From: a bacterium
GTDB taxonomy: Bacteria > SZUA-182 > DTGQ01 > JAFGSM01
Assembly: GCA_049472335.1 (NCBI GenBank)
Contig: JBLIRO010000069.1
Coordinates: 1-25,718, forward strand
Length of the DNA: 25,718 nucleotides
Direction of reading: 5' to 3'
Positions within the stretch are counted from its first letter, which is position 1. Every line of letters starts with the position of its first letter. Under the pieces are notes generated by a model that did not search any database, was not told where the DNA came from, and saw nothing but the letters and a program-made list of their open reading frames with translations. Shown here piece by piece: positions 1 through 8,420 of the stretch. A program made the translations under genes and the position numbers.

Positions 1-282
1 ATATTAGTGCCCCGGTTTTTATGGGAAAGATTTTAACTTGTGATTGTCTTTTTTGTCAACATAATTATGTGATTTATTTCATTCTGAATCCATTACGTTT
101 ATTTAGATGGTCTATTTTGGCTAATTTTATCTTTGAGTTGAAGGCGGGTATTAAAAATATGAAGGAAGCTGCATATAAACAGTAATTATGAAAAAAAAAT
201 CATATTAAGTAATTTTTTGCACAAAAAAAACTTTTTTAAAAAAGAAACATTTGAGTATGGGATACATTATTTATTGGACGCC

Positions 283-299
283 TTGGAACATATCTTGCT
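283..299 (+). promoter_or_regulatory. Putative sigma54 (-24/-12) promoter upstream of the S8 protease
   Basis: TTGGAACATATCTTGCT has GG(285-286)-N10-GC(297-298), a close match to the TGGCAC-N5-TTGCW consensus, about 60 nt before the ATG at 361. Confidence 0.6.
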
Positions 300-360
300 T
301 ATGAATAGTCTTATGTAAGCATAGTGCTATATAAAGTAAGTTATATGACGGGGGGGGATA

Positions 361-2187
361 ATGGCCTGTCTGCAAAGATGTAGACCTGTCTTAAAAGGCC
401 TCTTTTGGATTTGTCTGATGTCCATTTTTTTTCAAAGCATCATGGGAAACAGCTTTGTCTGGGGATGGGTAAATTCAAGCATGATGTCTACTCCGATCCC
501 TCCTGCCTTTCAGGAGGTCCTGGTGCAGTATCGCCCGGAGGCCACCTTTTCTGATATTGCTAACACGTATAAAAATTTAGGCTTAAATGAGGTGTCATAT
601 AGTCCTTACAATGGCTTCAGAACGGTGAGGGTTTCTGCCAATATCTCTTTAGACGCGGTTACAGCCAACTTGAACTTAAATCCGGTTGTGGCCTACGCGG
701 AACCAAATTATCTGCGTGTGGTTCATTTTTCACCCAATGACCCCCTTTATAAATATCAATGGCACCTGAACAATCCAATGATGCAAAAGGCCTGGGATCT
801 GTCCATTGGCTCCAATGTTATCGTTGCAATTCTGGATTCCGGGGTAGCTTATCGTACAGGAGGAGGATATGTACAAGCGCCTGATCTGGCTGACACCATT
901 TTTATACCCGGATATGATTTTATCAATGATGATTCCTACCCGGATGATGATAACCGGCACGGGACTCATATTGCAGGAACCATAGCGCAAAGCACAAACA
1001 ATCTTTTCGGAGGCGCCGGTGTGGCACCTGGATGTACCATTATGCCCGTGAAGGTCCTGGATGAAACGGGCTATGGTGATGTGGCTTCCATTGTGGATGG
1101 GATCTATTATGCAGTCAATAATGGTGCTCAGATTATAAATATGAGCCTTGGGGGTAATCGGCCTCCAGGTAAAGGCGCAAGCAAAAAATCTGCTGCCGAG
1201 GAAGAAGCAATCAATTATGCGGTTTCTCAGGGGGTGACAGTAATTTGTTCTGCGGGAAATGAGGCATCAGACCTGCCAAGCTATCCTGCCTCCTATGATG
1301 CCACCATAAGTGTCTCGGCAACAACATATGACCTCTCTTTTGCCTCATCATATTCCAACTTCGGTCCTACTATTGATATATGTGCCCCGGGAGGAAACCT
1401 TGATGAGGACCTTAATGAGGATGGTAATCCGGATGGGATTTATCAGCAGACACATGATGGAATAGATTATAAAAGTTTTGATTATTATTTTGCTGAAGGC
1501 ACCTCAAGTGCTTCAGCATTTGTCTCAGGGGTGGCCGCCTTGATTCTGGCGTATGCAAACCATCCTATTACGCCGGCCGAAATGAGGGAAATCCTTCATA
1601 GTACTGCTATCGATTTGGGTGATCCAGGATGGGATCAGTTTTATGGCTGGGGGCTTGTCAATCCCCTGGAAGCTTTACAGGCTGCTGTAATACCTAGTAT
1701 TGAGGGTTACTTTTTACCATTCACAAGCAAGCCGTTAATCAATCAACCGATTGGCTTGATTAATAATTCTTCACAGATTTCTGCGGATGCCATAAACAGG
1801 GCTTCTTTTCAGGCAAACGCCAGCTTTGTTACATCTGGTCAAAGGACAGTAACGAATAACCAACCGCTTTTTCTACAAAACATTTTACCATATCAAAGTC
1901 AAATTAATCTTTGGCCGGTGACAAATGCGATTATAAATCCTTTGGTTAATGGTCTGTTTTTAAATCCTTATAGCCTTTGGCCTTATCCTTTAACTAATTA
2001 TACCTATCCAGTTATTCAGACTTCTTTTACGAACAATCTGTATACAGGGGGGGCATTTGGCGGATATAAAACTGAAACAACAGGGAATATTGTCTCTGCT
2101 TCAGGCTTGACCTATCCATCTTCAATAAGGGGCTTTAGCTCCCTAAATCCCCCCTATGTCCTCTGGCCTTTATACTTATTTTTCTGA
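361..2187 (+). CDS. Secreted S8 (subtilisin/thermitase-like) serine peptidase with prodomain and a low-complexity Asn/Pro/Tyr/Leu-rich C-terminal tail
   Basis: Hydrophobic N-terminus; prodomain ending VAYAEPNY; mature start PNDPLYKYQW; catalytic Asp VAILDSG, His HGTHIAG, oxyanion SAGNE, Ser GTSSAS; DLNEDGNPDG Ca-type loop; YGWGLVN end of the catalytic domain; tail of about 165 aa ending YVLWPLYLFF. G8 run before the ATG as SD. Confidence 0.92.
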   Translation: MACLQRCRPVLKGLFWICLMSIFFQSIMGNSFVWGWVNSSMMSTPIPPAFQEVLVQYRPEATFSDIANTYKNLGLNEVSYSPYNGFRTVRVSANISLDAVTANLNLNPVVAYAEPNYLRVVHFSPNDPLYKYQWHLNNPMMQKAWDLSIGSNVIVAILDSGVAYRTGGGYVQAPDLADTIFIPGYDFINDDSYPDDDNRHGTHIAGTIAQSTNNLFGGAGVAPGCTIMPVKVLDETGYGDVASIVDGIYYAVNNGAQIINMSLGGNRPPGKGASKKSAAEEEAINYAVSQGVTVICSAGNEASDLPSYPASYDATISVSATTYDLSFASSYSNFGPTIDICAPGGNLDEDLNEDGNPDGIYQQTHDGIDYKSFDYYFAEGTSSASAFVSGVAALILAYANHPITPAEMREILHSTAIDLGDPGWDQFYGWGLVNPLEALQAAVIPSIEGYFLPFTSKPLINQPIGLINNSSQISADAINRASFQANASFVTSGQRTVTNNQPLFLQNILPYQSQINLWPVTNAIINPLVNGLFLNPYSLWPYPLTNYTYPVIQTSFTNNLYTGGAFGGYKTETTGNIVSASGLTYPSSIRGFSSLNPPYVLWPLYLFF

Positions 2188-2321
2188 ATAATATCCGGTT
2201 AACCAAATTTAATTTCAATATGTTTTAGTCTCGTTAAGCTGTAGAATAAACATAAAAGGTTATAAGGCTAAAATTAGAATTGCTGTAAATAAATAGGTTG
2301 GATAAAGACAATATTGGTATT

Positions 2322-3503
2322 TCAAGGATAATACGGCGCAGGAATAAAACTTCCGGCAGATTCAGAGGCGGAGGTGCTGCCTGAAACATTCAATCCCAGA
2401 TATGAATATGCAGGATTGTTAGTGTAGTCTATCCTTGTGGGATAAACTGGTAGTTGATCATAAGATTGTATTAGATTATTAGTAACTGAATAGGGTAAAC
2501 CTGTTTGAGCATTAATATATAAGGGGATGGACTGTAGAAGGCCGAATGCGAGGCCTGGGTTTATGGGGGTTGAATAAAACTGAGAGGCCAGCCTTGCAGG
2601 GGAAAAACCAGAAGGATATACAAGAGGGAGAATCCCATTAGGTATATTAGCAGGAATTGTGGGGGAAAAAACGGTCATCGGCAGAAGCGGCCCCAGGCCA
2701 AGAGGCGCGCTCACAAAATTAATAGGGATCTGGGGTGTCTGGCTCTGCTGGGACTGTTGCCCAGGGCTTAAACATACATATCCTTCTTCTATTTCTTCGT
2801 TCTCAAGCTCGATTAATTTATGATATTCACAGCTTACAGACGTAAAACTTGTCAATCCGTAGTCCTGGATATTATCCCTCTCATCCATAAAACTTACAAG
2901 ATATGTAGTCTCTATGACTTCACCCTCATCTTCTGAAAAAGCCGTTACAGAACCAATACAGAATTCTTCTCCCCTTATTTCCAGTTTCGAGATAAAAGCA
3001 AAATCCCTTTCAAACCCTGCAAGCAGATCCTCCAGCGAATTCAGCTCCCATTTATGCCATTTTCCATCTAATTTTTCACTTCCCATATGAATGATTATCC
3101 GGGCACTCTGAGCTGTAAACGAAGTCTCCCCATTCTCAGGGATTAACTCAAGACGGAAGATTTGACCATTTTTAGTGATAATTTGCAAATTAATGCTAAC
3201 AGGTGAGCTTGTTTTTATATAAAATGAGACATTTTCCTGGTTGACATGGTCAGGCGGAAACTCCCTTCCGATTATAATCGGGCTTATTTGTTGACTTGTT
3301 GTGCCGGCAGCGGGTATATAAGGGAAGATTGCACCTGGAAAGGATAAGCCGGAAAAAGCGGGTAAAACCGGAATATTGGGAAGCTGTGAGCAAACTGTTT
3401 CCGCTAAAATTGTAAAAATGAAAAATAAAATCAAGATAATCATCGTAAAAAGGTGGGAATTTCGTATAAAGATAGCCTTAAATATACTCATAGTTCCCCC
3501 CAT
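2322..3503 (-). CDS. Secreted hypothetical protein: central beta-rich domain flanked by Pro/Gly/Leu/Tyr-rich low-complexity segments (start may be ATG 3491)
   Basis: 393-aa ORF with hydrophobic signal/anchor (MIILILFFIFTILAETVCSQ). The central domain aligns by eye with that of the neighbouring 359-aa ORF. The C-terminal ~140 aa are Pro/Tyr-rich and end PAPYYP. Confidence 0.8.
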   Translation of the reverse strand: MGGTMSIFKAIFIRNSHLFTMIILILFFIFTILAETVCSQLPNIPVLPAFSGLSFPGAIFPYIPAAGTTSQQISPIIIGREFPPDHVNQENVSFYIKTSSPVSINLQIITKNGQIFRLELIPENGETSFTAQSARIIIHMGSEKLDGKWHKWELNSLEDLLAGFERDFAFISKLEIRGEEFCIGSVTAFSEDEGEVIETTYLVSFMDERDNIQDYGLTSFTSVSCEYHKLIELENEEIEEGYVCLSPGQQSQQSQTPQIPINFVSAPLGLGPLLPMTVFSPTIPANIPNGILPLVYPSGFSPARLASQFYSTPINPGLAFGLLQSIPLYINAQTGLPYSVTNNLIQSYDQLPVYPTRIDYTNNPAYSYLGLNVSGSTSASESAGSFIPAPYYP

Positions 3504-3611
3504 TTTTTTAACATCTCTGTTTTTTTATTGCTCCTGTTTTATATATGCAAGAATCGTTCTATCCCTCCCAATTTCTAATGCCTATTTAACTGCTAAAGAT
3601 ATTATAAAGAT

Positions 3612-4691
3612 TTAAATAAAAAGACCTGTTAATCCCCCCAATAATCCAATGGGGCCACCGTAATAAGTGCTGAGACCGCCATAGAGCCCTCCATATAGCC
3701 CAAGAAGACCACCATAGGCTCCCATGCCACCGTAGAGCCCTCCGTAATATCCCATGCCACCGTAGAGCCCTCCATAATATCCACCTCCATAATATCCACC
3801 TCCGTAATATCCACCTCCGTAATATCCACCTCCGTAATATCCACCCCCGTAATATCCACCCCCGTAATATCCACCTCCGTAATATCCACCTCCGTAGTAA
3901 CTGCTTCCGTAATATCCGCTGCCATAATAACCGCTTCCGTAATATCCTCCATATAATGAACTCCCATAATACCCTCCATAGGGATACATATAATAATAAG
4001 GAGTCTCTTCCGTATCATTTGGATCTTCTTCAGTGGTTTCCGGTATATATTTGGCTTTTAGATATCCTATAAATGAAGAATCATAATCAATACTAAATTG
4101 ATCCATACTCGAGGTGGATTTCCATCCCCTTTCAGTCAGTCCTTCACTAGAATCATTGAAATTGTCTATGGTAATTTTGATCTGGCTGCCATCGTTCAGC
4201 TCTCGGTATGCAATTATATAGTAAAGATCAAACCGCTCACCTACTATTTCAACTTTTTCAATTGCTCTAAGTTCTGAAATGAGAAAATTTTCAAGATCCA
4301 GGTTTATATCTCTATCAATTATATGAATATTACTATCTATTAAAGCAGCGTCCAGACCTATGTGTATATTTCCGGATTCATATTGCGTAGGTTCCAAACT
4401 CGTTGGTGCATAATAGATCCAAAGGGTTGTATTATCCTCCATAAGAAGCTTGAAACCCAGGCGAAAGGTTTTATAGGGTATTATCTTGACCATGACATTG
4501 TTGTATATTTCATTTGGATCATGGGTATATCCTTTATCGGGGTCAGGGTCAAGTATGAAGTCTGTCTCTTTAGTTATGGAAATTTGATTATTTGAAGATC
4601 GTGCTGTTTCAAAAAGGAGAACTAGACAAATGACAAAAATTCCTGTTAAATAAATAAAAAAAGCAACCCTTTTTTGTTTTAGATTTCTCAT
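3612..4691 (-). CDS. Secreted hypothetical protein with Gly/Tyr-rich (GGGYY/GGLY) C-terminal repeat tail
   Basis: 359-aa ORF, SD-like AAGGAGAAGG upstream, basic N-terminus plus hydrophobic segment, acidic globular domain, then a tail of about 130 aa made mostly of G/Y with some S/L. Confidence 0.85.
   Translation of the reverse strand: MRNLKQKRVAFFIYLTGIFVICLVLLFETARSSNNQISITKETDFILDPDPDKGYTHDPNEIYNNVMVKIIPYKTFRLGFKLLMEDNTTLWIYYAPTSLEPTQYESGNIHIGLDAALIDSNIHIIDRDINLDLENFLISELRAIEKVEIVGERFDLYYIIAYRELNDGSQIKITIDNFNDSSEGLTERGWKSTSSMDQFSIDYDSSFIGYLKAKYIPETTEEDPNDTEETPYYYMYPYGGYYGSSLYGGYYGSGYYGSGYYGSSYYGGGYYGGGYYGGGYYGGGYYGGGYYGGGYYGGGYYGGGYYGGLYGGMGYYGGLYGGMGAYGGLLGLYGGLYGGLSTYYGGPIGLLGGLTGLFI
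3721..3780 (-). repeat. 30-bp tandem duplication encoding YYGGLYGGMG x2
   Basis: cccatgccaccgtagagccctccRtaatat at 3721-3750 and 3751-3780, one mismatch. Confidence 0.9.
3774..3938 (-). repeat. Coding 15-bp tandem repeat: 8 x GGGYY plus 3 x GSxYY
   Basis: Plus-strand unit RTAATATCCACCYCC occurs 8 times (3774-3893), followed by three degenerate units (3894-3938). Confidence 0.95.
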
Positions 4692-5061
4692 ATAACCTTC
4701 TCCTTAACCAATTAAGTGATTTGTCAAATTTATATTATTTAGTCTTTGTAATATAGCATCAATTTTTCCCGTTGTTTTAGACTTTTTACTTGTATCAAGT
4801 ATAGTCAGATAAAAATAGATGATTAGGTGTTTGTTTATGTTCTTAATGATTTTAAATCTTTTGATTACAACCAGGAATTGATCTGTTTTTTTAGTGAATA
4901 TTATATTTTCGTATTTATATAATAAATATACCATAAAGATTCAAAAAAGACAATTTAGATAAGGGCTTATCCTTTACTGCTTCAGGTAAGATAAAAGTCT
5001 GTTTTTATTTCAATAAGAAAAAAAGGACGTTTTGCAGGGCATTGTTTTTTCGCCCATTCAA

Positions 5062-6126
5062 TTAAGGGCCAGGCTTTGTAACATTAGGATTTTGTTCGGC
5101 AACCTCAGGATTTTGCATTTCATTTCCCTGTTTAGACATTTCTTCTTCGGAAGGCTGTTTTTCAATTTCCTCTTCAGGAGGAGGCGCCTCGACCTTTACT
5201 TCCTGCCAGGGCTTATTAAGCTTGTCTATGGAGAATTTACCTACAGAATAGATTATATCACGGTCAAACAGTTTGGTATAGTATTCATCTGTTTTTTCGT
5301 CTTCTTTCCCAATAAGAAGTGTCTTGGATGTTTCATCAGCCATAATTAGGTTTATAGTTAAAAATGGAACATCAAGGCCGAATTCCTCAAGTTTCTGGTC
5401 AGGTTTCAGCCTCTGGACCTTGGTTGCCCGAAGATTGAACACTGTCTGGGTAATATCCTTTTCCATATTTTCTTTTATGTCCGATTCCTCGGGTGAATCA
5501 AGGCGCCACTTCTCTTCTTCATGATCATGTAAGAGGCTGAAAGGTCCATCCGCACGATTAAACTCGATACGGTCCACGTCCTGTTCCTGGACGATTATTA
5601 TAAATTTATCCAGCCATGTATCTGCAGGTTTATCAAATCGGGACCTTAGGTGAAATCCTTTATACAGGATTACTTCATCACTGTCCGCCTTTCTAAAATA
5701 GGTACTCATGAAATCGGGTCCATTTTTCCCTATATAGAAATGCGCTAATGTTTTATCTTCTTCTCCCTTTATCTCAACCTCAAATCCCTTATTGGGATCA
5801 ACCTGATAAATCTCCTGTTTGGATGGATTTTTAGATACTATGTTGTCTCTCTTTAGCTCGGAAACAATCTGAAGCGCCTGTTTTATTTGTTCATTATCCG
5901 CAGGAAGATTGTCTTCTTCTATTACTACCCATTGGCCTTCCTCTTTAGATAAAGTCAATTGATTTGTCTCACCTTTTACACTTATAGTTGTTGCCTTCTC
6001 TGAATCAAACTCTGAAAAAAGGGCTATTTCCTCTGATGACTTTTTTGCGGGCCTATTTAGAAAATAGGCTATCCCTATTAGTATACATAAGATAATTATG
6101 AGGATGATCGTTTTTTTATAGCTCAT
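5062..6126 (-). CDS. DUF4340-type membrane-anchored periplasmic protein (Gld-like ABC system accessory)
   Basis: N-terminal TM helix, two internally similar beta-rich repeats (YQVD/EFGLD...L.IGK...Y), overlaps the upstream GldG-like gene; typical fourth gene of GldAFG-like operons. Confidence 0.75.
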   Translation of the reverse strand: MSYKKTIILIIILCILIGIAYFLNRPAKKSSEEIALFSEFDSEKATTISVKGETNQLTLSKEEGQWVVIEEDNLPADNEQIKQALQIVSELKRDNIVSKNPSKQEIYQVDPNKGFEVEIKGEEDKTLAHFYIGKNGPDFMSTYFRKADSDEVILYKGFHLRSRFDKPADTWLDKFIIIVQEQDVDRIEFNRADGPFSLLHDHEEEKWRLDSPEESDIKENMEKDITQTVFNLRATKVQRLKPDQKLEEFGLDVPFLTINLIMADETSKTLLIGKEDEKTDEYYTKLFDRDIIYSVGKFSIDKLNKPWQEVKVEAPPPEEEIEKQPSEEEMSKQGNEMQNPEVAEQNPNVTKPGP

Positions 6127-7699
6127 AAGAAGCGAACCTCTTTCTTCTCCTTAATATGAACTTTATTAAACCAAAGAGAATTACCAGGACAGATACTCCA
6201 AAAATGTTTATATAACGTATTAATGCCTTTTTTTCATCGGAGAGTTCCGGTAAAGGTCTTTCTGTCTTTTCTCTTGTTCTTATGCCGATCAGTGCATCAC
6301 CCATTGTCAACCAGTCAACTATATTTAGAAAAAATGCCGCGTTTTCCGGAAAGCGGCCGAGGAAATCATCCTGAATAAAACGGGAGTTCCCTACAACTAC
6401 AATATGTGTTTCTTGTGCGGATTTCGTGAGTTTTTCTTCGTCTTTTTTAGGCGCTTCCCTGTTAGCATAGAAGCTTTCAAAAAAACCGGATACCATGACT
6501 GCCAGGGGAATTTGCTGAAAATCGGTGGATTTAAAATTAAAGCGCTGCTGGGGATTTAAATCAAATCTTCCTTTTTGTGTCCAGCCATGGGGAGTAGTTT
6601 TAGCCAGAATGGTTTTTTGCAGGCCTTTTTCTTCGATAACCTTGTCCTGAACCTCTACCGAACTGGTCCAAGGTAATGTAATACTTTCCAGCTTGCTGAC
6701 CATTGGATTTGATTCGTCAAAGCCCTCTTTTGTCACTTTTGGCCAGAATGGATAGGGAACCTGAAAATGAAAGAATCCTCCGCTAAAAGCCGCCATGGAG
6801 CTGGATCTGTCTAATACCAGGTCAGGCTCGAGCTTGACTCCATAATATGCCAGCATATCATTGATATTCGTGGTTACCTTTTCCGCGGCCAACTGTCTTC
6901 CCTCCTGCAAATTAACCATGTCCACAAGAAATATCCCATTGCCGCCCCGCATGAGATATTGATCCAAAAGATATTTTTCAGTGTCAGTAATCTTTTCAGG
7001 TCCCAATATCACTAATGTGTCTATATTTTCAAGAACCGATTTCCCCTGGCTCAGGTTTATATTCTGAACTTCGTATTGTTTTTGGAGGGCCATCTGAATC
7101 CTTGAGTGAATATCTTGCTGTGACCTCCCTATATTTTTCTTCCATGACACGAACCCAATCACTTCGGGTTCCTTTTTGGTCACTTTAAGGATGGCGGACG
7201 TCAGGTCATACTCCAGGTTCCTTACATCCTGAATCACCGGGATAACCTCTTTACGATCCTCAAACATGATACTCATGCCCAGATATACATTCACGACCTC
7301 TACCTTGTCCTTTTGGAATATATTGGCCTGTACCTTCGGTATTCCTACAAACTGCATCCTTTGACTCAATTCCGGATCATCTTCAGGATCAATAAACTCC
7401 ACCGATAAATTTGCCCTTGCATAGGCAGAATATTCATCAAGTATATCTCTTACTTGATCTTTCAGAATGACTAGATGAGAAGGCAATTCTTTGCTGAAAT
7501 AGGCCTTTATGCTGACAACATCATCCAGTCCCTTTAGAACATCTTTTGTGGCTTTTGAAATGCTGTATATACGGTTTTCCGTAAGGTCCACACGTCTAAA
7601 CGCGGACCGGGAGATATAATTGATGGCTGCCAGGATGGCAAGTACAACCAAGACATAAATAAAAAGATGGGTTCCGTATCCAATCTTTTTCATACCCAC
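6116..7699 (-). CDS. GldG-like ABC transporter auxiliary component
   Basis: N-terminal TM, RVDLTENRIYSISKAT motif, LEYDLTSAI, LDQYLMRGG, NAAFFLNIVDWL...LIGIR, C-terminal TM followed by RRRKR. Confidence 0.85.
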   Translation of the reverse strand: MGMKKIGYGTHLFIYVLVVLAILAAINYISRSAFRRVDLTENRIYSISKATKDVLKGLDDVVSIKAYFSKELPSHLVILKDQVRDILDEYSAYARANLSVEFIDPEDDPELSQRMQFVGIPKVQANIFQKDKVEVVNVYLGMSIMFEDRKEVIPVIQDVRNLEYDLTSAILKVTKKEPEVIGFVSWKKNIGRSQQDIHSRIQMALQKQYEVQNINLSQGKSVLENIDTLVILGPEKITDTEKYLLDQYLMRGGNGIFLVDMVNLQEGRQLAAEKVTTNINDMLAYYGVKLEPDLVLDRSSSMAAFSGGFFHFQVPYPFWPKVTKEGFDESNPMVSKLESITLPWTSSVEVQDKVIEEKGLQKTILAKTTPHGWTQKGRFDLNPQQRFNFKSTDFQQIPLAVMVSGFFESFYANREAPKKDEEKLTKSAQETHIVVVGNSRFIQDDFLGRFPENAAFFLNIVDWLTMGDALIGIRTREKTERPLPELSDEKKALIRYINIFGVSVLVILFGLIKFILRRRKRFASYEL

Positions 7700-7703
7700 G
7701 GTC

Positions 7704-8420
7704 TTAACTCCATTTTCTGCTTTCTAAAGAACGGATGTTTAAAAAGATAAAGAATCCAATAACAGAAAGATAATATATAATATCCCTTGTATCTATTACA
7801 CCTCTGCCAATGCTTTCAAAGTGAGTGCCTAGGCCCAGATAAGAAAAGAGAGAGGCAAAACGTGCCGGCACTGCCATTATCACAAAGTTTTCACCAACGA
7901 TAAACAAGCCAAAACAGAAGGCAATACCCAGTATGAATGCAACTATCTGATTTTCGCTCAGACTGGAGGCGAAAAGGCCTATGGCCAGGTAGGCTCCTCC
8001 CATTAACAAGGCCCCCAGATATCCCCCGATTATAGGCCCAAGATCTGTTTCTCCGAGTATGATAAGGGTGATCGGAAGAGAAATGCTCAACAGGATGGTA
8101 AGAGTGAGAAACAGGTAAGCCGCCAGATATTTACCAATGATTACCTCATAATCATTAACCGGTAAGGTCATTAGAACTTCTATTGTTCCCAGCTTTTTTT
8201 CCTCTGCCCAAAGTCTCATTGTAACTGCGGGTACAAAGAAAAGGAAAATCCAGGGCAGGAGAGTGAAGTATCCTCGCATTACGGTTTGGCCTACAAGGAA
8301 GAAGCCTTTAAAGAATATCCACATACTTAAAATCAAAAACGCAGTGATGAATATATAAGCAATGGGTGAATCAAAATACGCGCGGAATTCTTTTTTAAAG
8401 ATAGCTATTATATTCCTCAT
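7704..8420 (-). CDS. ABC-2 type permease, GldF-like
   Basis: KKEFRAYFDSPIAY, PAVTMRLWAEEKKLGTIEVLMTLP, SENQIVAFI, GVIDTRDIIYY; about 6 TM segments. Confidence 0.9.
   Translation of the reverse strand: MRNIIAIFKKEFRAYFDSPIAYIFITAFLILSMWIFFKGFFLVGQTVMRGYFTLLPWIFLFFVPAVTMRLWAEEKKLGTIEVLMTLPVNDYEVIIGKYLAAYLFLTLTILLSISLPITLIILGETDLGPIIGGYLGALLMGGAYLAIGLFASSLSENQIVAFILGIAFCFGLFIVGENFVIMAVPARFASLFSYLGLGTHFESIGRGVIDTRDIIYYLSVIGFFIFLNIRSLESRKWS

Noticed and set aside
3546..3561. Sigma54-like TAGAACGATTCTTGCA (minus strand) upstream of the 393-aa gene
   Set aside because: It resembles the site at 283-299 but has AG instead of the invariant GG at -24, so it cannot be supported as functional.
3774..3938. 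Possible CRISPR array
   Set aside because: Contiguous 15-bp coding tandem units with no unique spacers and no cas genes.
3629..4018. Alternative-frame 129-aa ORF with (EVDIT)n repeats and a signal-like start
   Set aside because: It is the shifted reading of the stop-free 15-bp repeat. Variation between units is synonymous in the GGGYY frame but non-synonymous in this one, and there is no SD.
4704..4934. 76-aa ORF, and similarly 9482-9694 and 3376-3615
   Set aside because: Translations of AT-rich intergenic or MITE DNA with Ile/Lys/Asn/Phe bias and no SD.
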